61,371 bases of DNA, from assembly GCA_947306705.1 (NCBI GenBank), contig CAMZHD010000001.1, forward strand, positions 1 through 61,371, read 5' to 3'. The stretch's first letter is position 1. The number at the start of each line of letters is the position of its first letter. Shown piece after piece: positions 26,691 to 35,357 of the stretch. The position numbers were made by a program, and so were the translations under genes. The notes beneath the pieces are model-generated. The model was not told the origin of the DNA and did not search any database. It was given only the letters and a program-made list of their open reading frames with translations. The stretch is from an uncultured Bacillales bacterium. Lineage in GTDB: Bacteria > Bacillota_I > Bacilli_A > RF39 > UBA660.

Positions 26691-27681
26691 AATTTGGGCA
26701 ATGAGAAAGGTCTATCTCTACTATTCGATAAATCCTTGTAGCTTGGTCTTCTATTTTATCTTCTATATGAAATGGAAAGTAATGTTCTTGTCGACATGCT
26801 TCATTCTCTTCAACAGTGTCTGCATCCCTTATACAATCATGATATTCGTGATCTTCAGAGTAAACAACTAATTGATGTTCTGGATCTTTTCCTAAAAATG
26901 CATTTAAACTATTCTGTGTTTCTTCATCTTCTGAAAGATAATATACACTCTTATCATATTCTGCAAAAGTCATTCCTCTTTCAAAAGGGAAAGTTCTTTC
27001 TTCTTCATGATCCTTGTCACACATGACTGTACGAATGACAAATGTTCCTTCTTGTCTTACTTCTACTTCTGCAGTCACAGTAAGAGAAAGTTTTTCATAA
27101 GCATAAATACTTAGTGGAATCATCCATACTGTCAATAATAGATACATTATTTCTTTTCTACCACTACTGATTCCAATAGAGATAATTACAAATCCTAATA
27201 CTAACAACAAAATAATTATTGCTCTTGTATTTGTCTTTGGATTTTCTTCGTTCGATAAGTTTAATTCCATATTATTGTTTTCTACGTAAACACCATTTAC
27301 AAAATCATCATCATCTACTGGAGATTGATAAACAATTTTAATAAAGAATTCTTTTTCTTCATTTGCTTTAATAATTCTACTATTATCTTCTGATAAATAT
27401 TCATATTTTATAAAGTCTCCTGATCCAAACTCTTTTGCATTAGCAATTTCATATGGAGTATTCGTATTATTCTTAATTATAATTTTATATTTAGCATAAT
27501 CTTCTACATCAACAAACTTTAAGAAGAAATCAATTTTTAATCCTTCAAATTGGATTGGTTTTGTTTCTCCTGCTTTATCAGATTTTTCTACTAATATTGC
27601 TTCTTTAATTTCGACATTTTCTTTTGCGAATACAAAGGCTGGGAATAATAATATTACTAACAATAATAATACTTTTTTCAT
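26689..27681 (-). CDS. Envelope protein, paralog A: signal peptide, beta-rich domain, internal NPKTN sorting-like signal, TM hairpin, C-terminal Cys/His/acidic domain
   Basis: Signal peptide MKKVLLLLVILLFPAFVFA. NPKTN, a hydrophobic stretch and GRKE occupy residues 147-177. A second signal-like segment MYLLLTVWMIPLSIYA/YEK follows. It is a paralog of 27704-28762. Confidence 0.6.
   Translation of the reverse strand: MKKVLLLLVILLFPAFVFAKENVEIKEAILVEKSDKAGETKPIQFEGLKIDFFLKFVDVEDYAKYKIIIKNNTNTPYEIANAKEFGSGDFIKYEYLSEDNSRIIKANEEKEFFIKIVYQSPVDDDDFVNGVYVENNNMELNLSNEENPKTNTRAIIILLLVLGFVIISIGISSGRKEIMYLLLTVWMIPLSIYAYEKLSLTVTAEVEVRQEGTFVIRTVMCDKDHEEERTFPFERGMTFAEYDKSVYYLSEDEETQNSLNAFLGKDPEHQLVVYSEDHEYHDCIRDADTVEENEACRQEHYFPFHIEDKIEDQATRIYRIVEIDLSHCPN
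27229..27243 (-). other. Internal NPKTN motif (sortase-B-type sorting-signal look-alike)
   Basis: The minus strand reads AATCCAAAGACAAAT = N-P-K-T-N, followed by 21 hydrophobic residues and SSGRKE. Confidence 0.4.
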
Positions 27682-27703
27682 AAGTCACCTCTATTCACAT
27701 ACT

Positions 27704-28762
27704 CTAAGTCAGAGAACATTTTACTCCCGTATTATAATAATCACCAATATCTTGTGTTTGAATTTCATCTTTATAAGATACTACGTGAGAATTTGACAAA
27801 ACACAATTTCTATATTCTCGATCGGCTTCTGCTTGTTGTTCCACTGCTTGAGCACGTTCTTCCTCTGTCATATCATCACTAAATGATGGATATACGATAG
27901 GATCAACACATTCACTAAAATCTATCGCATTAAAAAATTCTAGGTAATCAGATTCTGTAGCAGATGTATTTGGTTTATCTTTTATCATTGACAATGAAGT
28001 TTCAATTCTATTTTTCATTTCTTCAGTAAGTGTATTATTATCTTGGTAACTATTATCTAATTCTTCCCATGTCATTCCTTTAATAAATGGAAAGTCAGTA
28101 GGTTCACAGTCAATAGATCCTTGCGTAGAACCAATCGTTCCGACTTTTACGACTGTTTCCATTTCTAGTGTTATTTTTTCATAAGCAAAGATTGTCGTTG
28201 GGATTAAAATGAATAACGCAATCAAAAGAACCATTGCACTTTTATTTGTTGTTAAAACTCCAACTGTTAACAAAATAAATGCGATCATTAATATAACTAA
28301 TAAGACTGTCTTTGTAGAAGTTTTAGGATTATCTCCATTAGATAGGTCAATATTCATGGCAATTTCTTCTTCATATTTTCCATCTACAAGATCTGTATCT
28401 TCAATTTCGTTACAATTGATTGTAATATAGGCTTGTTTTTCTTTCCCTGCTTTTACGATATTCCCCTCTTCTTGATTAAACTCTACTGAATATGTTACGT
28501 ATTTTCCATTTTTTTGATTTTGTACACTTGTTATTTCATAATCCTTGTTTGAATCATTTTGAATCGTAACAACATATTTCATAGTTCCGCCTTCTATTGA
28601 AAACCGAATCATTGATTTGATTTTTAATCCTTCAAAACTGATTGGTTCAATTTCTGTGGAATTCCCTTCTACTAATTCGATGTTTTTAATATATACATCT
28701 TCTTTTGCGAATACAAAGGTTGGGAATAATAATATTATTAATAAAAATACTATCTTTTTCAT
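27704..28762 (-). CDS. Envelope protein, paralog B (same architecture as 26689-27681)
   Basis: Signal peptide MKKIVFLLIILLFPTFVFA. NPKTS, a hydrophobic stretch and TTNKS come next, then MVLLIALFILIPTTIFA/YEK. The RBS and start region is identical to paralog A (TTTTTTCATAAGTCACCTCTATT on the plus strand). Confidence 0.6.
   Translation of the reverse strand: MKKIVFLLIILLFPTFVFAKEDVYIKNIELVEGNSTEIEPISFEGLKIKSMIRFSIEGGTMKYVVTIQNDSNKDYEITSVQNQKNGKYVTYSVEFNQEEGNIVKAGKEKQAYITINCNEIEDTDLVDGKYEEEIAMNIDLSNGDNPKTSTKTVLLVILMIAFILLTVGVLTTNKSAMVLLIALFILIPTTIFAYEKITLEMETVVKVGTIGSTQGSIDCEPTDFPFIKGMTWEELDNSYQDNNTLTEEMKNRIETSLSMIKDKPNTSATESDYLEFFNAIDFSECVDPIVYPSFSDDMTEEERAQAVEQQAEADREYRNCVLSNSHVVSYKDEIQTQDIGDYYNTGVKCSLT
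28316..28330 (-). other. Internal NPKTS motif (sortase-B-type sorting-signal look-alike)
   Basis: Residues 145-149 of paralog B, in the same position as NPKTN in paralog A. Confidence 0.4.
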
Positions 28763-28804
28763 AAGTCACCTCTATTATGATTTCATTATACACTACTTTA
28801 TTAA

Positions 28805-28840
28805 AAAATAAAATATCCACAATTTCTGTGGATATTTTTA
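28805..28840 (-). terminator. Rho-independent terminator; near-identical copy of 26655-26690
   Basis: AAAAATAAAATATCCACAATTTCTGTGGATATTTTTA. Stem ATATCCACA/TGTGGATAT. Confidence 0.7.
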
Positions 28841-29032
28841 ATTACATAATTCTTTTAAGTATTCTGATGTGAATTCCTTAAAATTAGTTGGTTGCTTTGT
28901 TTTTTCTTTATTTTTGATTTTTTGTACGATATAAAGTACGTTTGTATCTACTTGAGGTACCTTGATACTTCTTAGTAGAAAGACTGGTAATATGAGAATA
29001 CTACCAATGAATAATATTTTTAATGTTTTCAT
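28838..29032 (-). CDS. Small membrane or secreted protein (64 aa)
   Basis: N-terminal hydrophobic segment. Good SD (AGGGGGA) 5 nt upstream of the ATG. Confidence 0.4.
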   Translation of the reverse strand: MKTLKILFIGSILILPVFLLRSIKVPQVDTNVLYIVQKIKNKEKTKQPTNFKEFTSEYLKELCN

Positions 29033-29062
29033 AGGATTCCCCCTTGTTTTCTTATTATATCA

Positions 29063-29962
29063 CTAAATGTCCATTATGGCTAGTATTAGAATTCCTATTA
29101 AGACTAGAGATATGAAACAATATTCTTTCTTAGTTAGTTTTTCTTTTAGATAGACTCTTGATAATAACATGGATAATACACAATAACTTCCTACGATAGG
29201 AGCTGATATGGTTGCATTCCCACTCATGGCATATACATAGAAGAATTGACCTGCAGTTTCAAAGAGTGCCGCTAAAAGTTTGGGAGCTTCTTTAGGTCCT
29301 TCCATTGGAATCTTTTTCATTCTTAAGTAGATATAAGTAATAATTCCATAGATTAGGAATGTATACTCATAGGCTACTAAAGCTGTATCTTCTTCGATTA
29401 AACTAAGTTTATCTAAGTAGATTCCATCTAAAAAAGTACCTGCTCCATCTAATAAGCAATATATTAAAGGGAATAAAATGGTTAGTGATAACACTTTTTT
29501 TAATGTATTGCTTTTATAAAAATTCTTTCTTTGTTCTTTATTTTCTTGTAGTTCAATAGAGGATAAAGCAAAGATTCCGATGAATATTAGTATGACTGCG
29601 ATATAGAATGGAAAGTCAAAGTGCTCTTGGAATATGAGTAATAAGAGGATTGCGGTTATGACTCCACTTGTATTTTGGATGGGACTGGAAATGGATAGTT
29701 CTAAGTATTTTAATCCCCTATACCCTATTACCATACTCGATATATAGAGGATGGATACTGGTAAGTATCTTAAAAGATCTAATACTTGTATATTGGTTTC
29801 TTTGATTAATAGGAAAATAGTTGCGTGGATTCCCATGATAAAACCTACAAATACACCGGTTTTTAAATGGTTTCCCTCTCCTTTTCCTTGATTTCCTATT
29901 TTATAGAATAGATCTGCAATTCCCCAACATAGGAATGTAAGTAATGTACATCCTATCCACAT
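29063..29962 (-). CDS. DMT-superfamily (EamA/GRP-like) 10-TM transporter
   Basis: 299 aa, about 10 hydrophobic segments, two-fold internal repeat layout. Confidence 0.6.
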   Translation of the reverse strand: MWIGCTLLTFLCWGIADLFYKIGNQGKGEGNHLKTGVFVGFIMGIHATIFLLIKETNIQVLDLLRYLPVSILYISSMVIGYRGLKYLELSISSPIQNTSGVITAILLLLIFQEHFDFPFYIAVILIFIGIFALSSIELQENKEQRKNFYKSNTLKKVLSLTILFPLIYCLLDGAGTFLDGIYLDKLSLIEEDTALVAYEYTFLIYGIITYIYLRMKKIPMEGPKEAPKLLAALFETAGQFFYVYAMSGNATISAPIVGSYCVLSMLLSRVYLKEKLTKKEYCFISLVLIGILILAIMDI

Positions 29963-29971
29963 ATTATCACC

Positions 29972-31447
29972 TTAATTCTTTGTTACTACTAGTCGTTTAT
30001 TTTCTTTTACATTACTATCTAAATGTTGATGCGTTGATAAATACTCTTCTAATACATCTCTACAAGAAGTCGCACAAATTCTTGATTTTCCATTTTCTTC
30101 TAGTGCTTTTACGGTTGTATTAAATCCTTCTTCAATGTTTAAGAAATGGAATTTTTGTAATCCTACTTTGAATAAATCATCATTCTTGACTGGTTTTCCT
30201 TCAAAATTGAATGTCACAAACTTCTTTGTTTTTCTGGAATATTCTACTTCTACTCCACTTGAAAATTGATAGAACTCTGTATGATCTCCTTCAAAGGCTT
30301 CTTCTCTTAACATATAATGAATCATATCTTTTAGTTGTTTTCCTGTTACTGTTACCATATGAATGGAATCATCATATGGGAATATTTCCATTAAATCTTG
30401 TAGAGTTATGATTGGGCCAAGTTTTTCTTTTCTGATAGAACCAGATCCTAATAGCATGATATCCAATCCTAGACTATCTCTTAGAATATCAGCGAATAGA
30501 TCTCCTAATTCTGTTTCTTGATAACGATTTGGATGGGTTAATTCTCTTTTTAAACGAGTAATGACTCTTCCATACTTCGTATCGGTTTGATTTTTGTATT
30601 TACTGATAATCTCTTCTAACTTCTCATCTTTTGGACAAGTTTTATCATTGATTGGGATACATTCCCAAGTCCATTTATGGGTACAGTTCTTTTCTGTATC
30701 AATTTCAATATCAAATCTTCCTATTTGATCGGTTCCTGTACCTGCTTGTACTATTAGAATATCATTTACTATTTCCGGTTTTTCTATAAAAGTATGAGAA
30801 TGTCCTCCAATAATCACATCTACTCCCCAAGATGGGTCTAATAGAGCTGCTAGTTTCTTATCTTCTTCAAATCCAATATGTGTTAATAATACTGTATAAT
30901 CTATATCAATTGCGTTATACGTATTACAAATATGTCCTACTTCTTCTGCTGCTTCACTAATATCTACAAACGTCCCAATTAATCCTTCATTTTTTGTATT
31001 TGCAAGGACAGATTCAGTAACGATTCCAATAAAAAGGATTTTCATCCCATCTATTTCTATAATCTTATATGGTTGAAATAGTCTTGAACGATTGGTTGTG
31101 ATAAACATATTGGCATTGATAATTGGAAATTTTGCACATTTCTCTAAGAATAATAAATGAGAAAGCCCATAATCTGTTTCATGATTTCCTACTGTCACTA
31201 CATCTGGAGAAATCATATTCATAATTTCAATGGTAGAGATTCCTTTATATTCCGAATCAATTACGTTTCCTCTAAACATGTCTCCTGCGATACAGTAGAT
31301 TACGTTTTTCTCTTCTGCTCTTGTTTTACTGATATATCCAGATAATCTTGAGATTCCCCCTATTAAAACATCTTTTCCTTTTTCACTAAAGAAATCACCG
31401 TGTAAATCATTGGAATGTAATAACGTCAATTTTTTATATCTTTTCAT
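29972..31447 (-). CDS. Bifunctional metallophosphatase/5'-nucleotidase family protein (no signal peptide)
   Basis: LLHSNDLHG, AGDMFRG, VGNHETDYG, GGHSH, plus a C-terminal 5'-nucleotidase-type domain. Confidence 0.8.
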   Translation of the reverse strand: MKRYKKLTLLHSNDLHGDFFSEKGKDVLIGGISRLSGYISKTRAEEKNVIYCIAGDMFRGNVIDSEYKGISTIEIMNMISPDVVTVGNHETDYGLSHLLFLEKCAKFPIINANMFITTNRSRLFQPYKIIEIDGMKILFIGIVTESVLANTKNEGLIGTFVDISEAAEEVGHICNTYNAIDIDYTVLLTHIGFEEDKKLAALLDPSWGVDVIIGGHSHTFIEKPEIVNDILIVQAGTGTDQIGRFDIEIDTEKNCTHKWTWECIPINDKTCPKDEKLEEIISKYKNQTDTKYGRVITRLKRELTHPNRYQETELGDLFADILRDSLGLDIMLLGSGSIRKEKLGPIITLQDLMEIFPYDDSIHMVTVTGKQLKDMIHYMLREEAFEGDHTEFYQFSSGVEVEYSRKTKKFVTFNFEGKPVKNDDLFKVGLQKFHFLNIEEGFNTTVKALEENGKSRICATSCRDVLEEYLSTHQHLDSNVKENKRLVVTKN

Positions 31448-31476
31448 AAAGTCTCCTTTTGGGTTTAGTATAGCAT

Positions 31477-31505
31477 AAAAAAAAGACTAACAAATAGTCT
31501 TTTTC
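31477..31505 (-). terminator. Rho-independent terminator ending the fibre/HINT operon
   Basis: Stem AAAAGACTA/TAGTCTTTT with loop ACAAA. The minus strand continues TTTTTTATG. Confidence 0.75.
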
Positions 31506-32021
31506 TTATTTTTCTTTCTTTACTTTAATAGATTTAAATAGTTCTTGGACTTTTTTATCATTTACGACATCTGCTACTACAACTTCTTCTTTTGTATCAA
31601 GTCGAGATACAGATACGAAGATTGCTTTTGCCATATCATTTTCATCCTCTAATAAGATATTTAAGTAAGCTCCACTTGTATATTCTCCATACATGTAAGC
31701 TTCATAGTCTCCAAACTTATACTCATTAAAGTATTTCTTTTCAGAACGAGATTTTTTTAGATTATCATAGGTAGCTTTACGAGATTCAATATAATACATT
31801 TCAAACTCTAAATCTAATTCTTCATTCTTAAATGTAATCTCTGTTGTCTTTCCACTATGATCTTCTTCTGGTTCTGTATAAACTTCTTTTTCTGGATATG
31901 AGAATGTTGTGGTATATCCAAATTCTTTATCAGATAATTTGATTTCTTTTAAATTACTCTTTCCACATCCTGTTACTAAAACTAATAATAGTACTAGTAT
32001 TAAAACAATTTTCTTTTTCAT
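31506..32021 (-). CDS. Lipoprotein (171 aa), last gene of the fibre/HINT operon
   Basis: MKKKIVLILVLLLVLVTGCGKS lipobox. Start set to the internal ATG at 32021, because the longer track ORF (to 32102) would overlap the upstream gene by 47 nt. Confidence 0.6.
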   Translation of the reverse strand: MKKKIVLILVLLLVLVTGCGKSNLKEIKLSDKEFGYTTTFSYPEKEVYTEPEEDHSGKTTEITFKNEELDLEFEMYYIESRKATYDNLKKSRSEKKYFNEYKFGDYEAYMYGEYTSGAYLNILLEDENDMAKAIFVSVSRLDTKEEVVVADVVNDKKVQELFKSIKVKKEK

Positions 32022-32055
32022 ATAGTCCTTCCTTTCGCACTTATTATAACACATT

Positions 32056-34317
32056 TTATTGTTTTTCAAAATGCATTCCTGTCCAAACTTGTACTTTTTC
32101 ATGTGAATGGTAATATTTGTGCTCAGAAGTAGAGTACCAAGTTCCTTCTGGAAGTTCGAAAGTGTCTCCTTCTTTGATGTATTCTTTCTCTGTTAGATTA
32201 ATGGATACTGGCCAATAACGAGAACCTTCTCTTTCAATTGGTTTTTGTAACATAAAGTCACTGGTAATCCATAGACTGATATAATCTTTGAAATCAATTA
32301 GAGATACTCCTTTATTTAATAGGACTGCTAATTCTCCTGCTCTGAAACCTTTATACATGTAATATGGTAATACATCTTGTAGGTATTCATAGTCTAATTC
32401 TTCATTGGTTTTTCCTTGCCATTTCATTTGATCATTAAATTCATATAAATTCGTAATATCCGTAAATGCATCTGTTGTGACAAAATCATCTGAAATAATA
32501 TTCCAATAACGAGTAGAAGCTACAAAGTAGAAGTTTACTTCTTCTTTGACGGTTTCTATCTTTGTTACTTGTACCGTTTTTAGATTATTGTTTTCTACTT
32601 TTGCGATATTTGTTCCTATATGGAATTCTTCACTATTATCAGCAGATACGAATCTATGAAGATCTTCACTAAAGAAAGCATGACTTCCTACGATTTTGAT
32701 TTCTGAATTATCTGAGAATGTAATCTTTGTATATTCTTTTGTTTTCTTTTCTTTTTCAATCCAGATTGGATATTCTCTTGTAAGAGTTCCTGTATCATAA
32801 CTCCATACCATTAATAAGTCATCATACGTAATATCTTCAACATTCTTTGTTGTATTGTCTCCTAATAGAACTTTCGTTCCTTCTACTAAACAACCATTTC
32901 CTGTTTGACCGGTAATGACTAAGTCTCCTGTAACATTTGGAACACTTAATCGTCCATTATTTGCATTATAGGTATATTGTGTATTTGATAGAGTATTTCC
33001 TCCCATCGTAATGTTTAAATTATTTGGACGGGTTCTATTGTTGTTTGCAGTAATTGTAGTTGTATAGGTTTGTCCATAATCAACTGTATAGTTACCATTT
33101 GGACCTCCTTGTGTAATATTAACTCTTACATTCATGGTCCAAATATAGTTTCTTGTCTCACTTTGTGCAGAGGAACTATTTCCACTAGTATCATAGGTTG
33201 TTACCTTGAAATAATAATTTCCTTCTTGTAATCCTGTTACTAGATATTCTTGTTCATCTGACTGGGTTTGATTCGTTGATACTAATGTAGCATTGTTGTT
33301 TACAACTCTATATGTTTCAATGACACTATGATCTACTCCAATATCATCAGATGCATTAAAGGTTACATTAACAGATCCTCTTGTTGTCTGCATAGTTCCT
33401 ACAACATTAGATACTGTTGGAGGGGTTACATCTACTAATGTACTATCCGTTGTAACATAAGCTATTACTACACCCATACTAGTTCTTGAAGAATCAGATG
33501 GTTCTAAGTAGATGTTCATACTTTGCCTTTCGGCTGCAAAACGGGCTTCTGATTTCACTTTTAAATAAATATTATAAGTTTCTGTTCCATTCGCAAGAAT
33601 GGTATATTCTTCTAATGGTTGATTATTACTATCTACTAAATAAAAATTATCATTGCTTACTGTAATATGAAAATTCTTAGGTGCTTCATATGTATTCATA
33701 ACAGTTGCGGCAATCGCGATGGATTGATTTGTATTTTTCAAATCTCCTGAGATATTCTTAGGAATGGATCCTAATAATCTTCCTGTTGGTTCTCCTTGTT
33801 CTAATTCAAATTCTGTATCTCCTGATACATTGAAATTACCTGAATTGTTAGGAGTCATTATTATTTTCAATGTGAATGTTACTGAATCTAGAGTTGGGAT
33901 AACATCCCCTGCTTCTATTCCCTCTAATTCGTAACTAACTTCCATATCCTCATTATTAATGGTAGTTAAAGAGGGATTAAAATGAGTTTCATTAAATGTA
34001 TAATCATAGAATGTATTATTACTAATTGTAATGGTATACAATCCATAATATTCATCTTGTAGAGCTTCTTCTGTTGGTGCTACATTAAAATTCATATTAA
34101 AATGAATAGAATGCCCATCTATTGTTGGATTCTCTTGATTCAATAAGTTCTTATAATCTGTTAAGATTGCACTGGAAATTACAATTTCTCCATTTTTAGT
34201 AAACGTACTTTGTCCTTCAATTCTTGCTTGTGCATTATAGACTGCATATCCTACAGAAGTAAATGCAAAAAGAAGAAGTGCAATCAAAGTAACGATGATA
34301 CTTTCCTTACTTTTCAT
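32056..34317 (-). CDS. 753-aa secreted multidomain protein: TasA-type N-terminal signal and domain, Ig/Fn3-like modules, HINT (intein-like) domain, unknown 138-aa C-terminal module
   Basis: The N-terminus ...SVGYAVYNAQARIEGQSTFTK parallels that of the 183-aa protein at 36550-37101. The Fn3-like region is VTPPTVSNV...GLQEGNYYFKVTTYDTSGNSS. HINT motifs are GNG-CLVEGTKVLLGD (block A, Cys476) and KIVGSHAFFS (block B). Confidence 0.65.
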   Translation of the reverse strand: MKSKESIIVTLIALLLFAFTSVGYAVYNAQARIEGQSTFTKNGEIVISSAILTDYKNLLNQENPTIDGHSIHFNMNFNVAPTEEALQDEYYGLYTITISNNTFYDYTFNETHFNPSLTTINNEDMEVSYELEGIEAGDVIPTLDSVTFTLKIIMTPNNSGNFNVSGDTEFELEQGEPTGRLLGSIPKNISGDLKNTNQSIAIAATVMNTYEAPKNFHITVSNDNFYLVDSNNQPLEEYTILANGTETYNIYLKVKSEARFAAERQSMNIYLEPSDSSRTSMGVVIAYVTTDSTLVDVTPPTVSNVVGTMQTTRGSVNVTFNASDDIGVDHSVIETYRVVNNNATLVSTNQTQSDEQEYLVTGLQEGNYYFKVTTYDTSGNSSSAQSETRNYIWTMNVRVNITQGGPNGNYTVDYGQTYTTTITANNNRTRPNNLNITMGGNTLSNTQYTYNANNGRLSVPNVTGDLVITGQTGNGCLVEGTKVLLGDNTTKNVEDITYDDLLMVWSYDTGTLTREYPIWIEKEKKTKEYTKITFSDNSEIKIVGSHAFFSEDLHRFVSADNSEEFHIGTNIAKVENNNLKTVQVTKIETVKEEVNFYFVASTRYWNIISDDFVTTDAFTDITNLYEFNDQMKWQGKTNEELDYEYLQDVLPYYMYKGFRAGELAVLLNKGVSLIDFKDYISLWITSDFMLQKPIEREGSRYWPVSINLTEKEYIKEGDTFELPEGTWYSTSEHKYYHSHEKVQVWTGMHFEKQ
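32473..32892 (-). other. HINT / bacterial intein-like autoprocessing domain (residues ~476-615 of the 753-aa protein)
   Basis: Cys476 (codon 32890-32892, TGT) in CLVEGTKVLLGDNTTKNVEDITYDDL. A TxxH-like block is present (GSHAFF). A hydrophobic block F/G-like segment VNFYFVASTRYWNIISDDFVTT is present, but there is no terminal HN plus Cys/Ser/Thr. Confidence 0.6.
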
Positions 34318-35357
34318 CTTCTAGCACTCCTTCTATATTTTCTTTTTTCTAAGACATATTTCCAAGCTGTATTATCATTGAATAAGATAAATATACTTCT
34401 GTCGTCTTTTTGATAACAGTTAATTGGCATTCTTATTTCACTATGAGCATCAATTAATTCTTCGAAGCTTTCTACTTTGATTAAATTATAATCATCTAAT
34501 CTAGGTTCTTCTTCTACGTTAACAATGATACTATCATAGGTTGTTAAGATTTTCTTTAATTCTAATTCATATTGATTATTCATCTTATATATCTTTTTAT
34601 TATGGATTAGTAACCATATAAAGAAGGCACCTGCGATAAATAATAGAACTCCCATTATTTTCCATAATAGATATCTTATATTATGATCTTCAAATGTTTC
34701 TGTAAATGATTTTACTTGATTATCAATATCACTATCGATAGATGCCTCTATTGCTAATTCTGACAATGGTAATTTTAATATCAAATCACTATCTACTTTT
34801 GTTTTTAGATCATCATTTTCTAACTTATTCTTTACTTTTAAATATACTTTTAGAACTCCTTCTGATTGTAGTCCTAATGTCTTTTTAAAACTATTTAGCA
34901 TTTCATTGTATTGATTATAATCAATCTTTACATTTTGATGAATTGCAAAGTTTTCTTTTTGATTGAATCTTTCTTGTTTGACTTTTGTTACTTCATATTC
35001 TTTTGTCCAGTAATTGCCTGAATTACTATCAGCTTTATTGGCTTCGATCTTCGCAATTACTTGATATTCTACTTCTCCATCTACTGGTTGATCAAAATAG
35101 ATGTTATAAGAATAATCCGCATCAATATAATCAATTAAGCTTGTGATATAGGTTTTTCCTTTTTCAATAAAAGGTTCTTCAAAGAATGCATTCTCTTTTA
35201 AATATACTTTGTAGTCAATATCATTATCTTCTTTATATTTTAAAGATAGTGTTTTCTTATTTTGAAAACCTGTATATAGGAATAAGACACCTAAGAAAAA
35301 GCATACAAGAAAAGATGACAAGATAATTATTTGTCTTTTCGTATACGAATTTTTCAT
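34314..35357 (-). CDS. Two-TM membrane protein with a ~200-aa extracytoplasmic domain (unknown function), operon member
   Basis: TM segments at residues ~12-32 and ~235-255. Translationally coupled to both neighbours (4-nt overlaps). Confidence 0.5.
   Translation of the reverse strand: MKNSYTKRQIIILSSFLVCFFLGVLFLYTGFQNKKTLSLKYKEDNDIDYKVYLKENAFFEEPFIEKGKTYITSLIDYIDADYSYNIYFDQPVDGEVEYQVIAKIEANKADSNSGNYWTKEYEVTKVKQERFNQKENFAIHQNVKIDYNQYNEMLNSFKKTLGLQSEGVLKVYLKVKNKLENDDLKTKVDSDLILKLPLSELAIEASIDSDIDNQVKSFTETFEDHNIRYLLWKIMGVLLFIAGAFFIWLLIHNKKIYKMNNQYELELKKILTTYDSIIVNVEEEPRLDDYNLIKVESFEELIDAHSEIRMPINCYQKDDRSIFILFNDNTAWKYVLEKRKYRRSARR

Noticed and set aside
31506-32102. The long form of the lipoprotein ORF (198 aa), which overlaps the end of the 753-aa gene.
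   Set aside because: The extra 27 residues (MKKYKFGQECILKNNKMCYNKCERKDY) precede a perfect signal peptide and lipobox that starts at the internal Met. The overlap would be 47 nt. The shorter form (31506-32021) is more plausible.
32473-32892. A true protein-splicing intein inside the 753-aa protein.
   Set aside because: There is no C-terminal His-Asn followed by Cys/Ser/Thr and no homing-endonuclease insert. The flanks are not a conserved host protein interrupted at an active site. It fits a cleavage-only HINT/BIL-type domain better.
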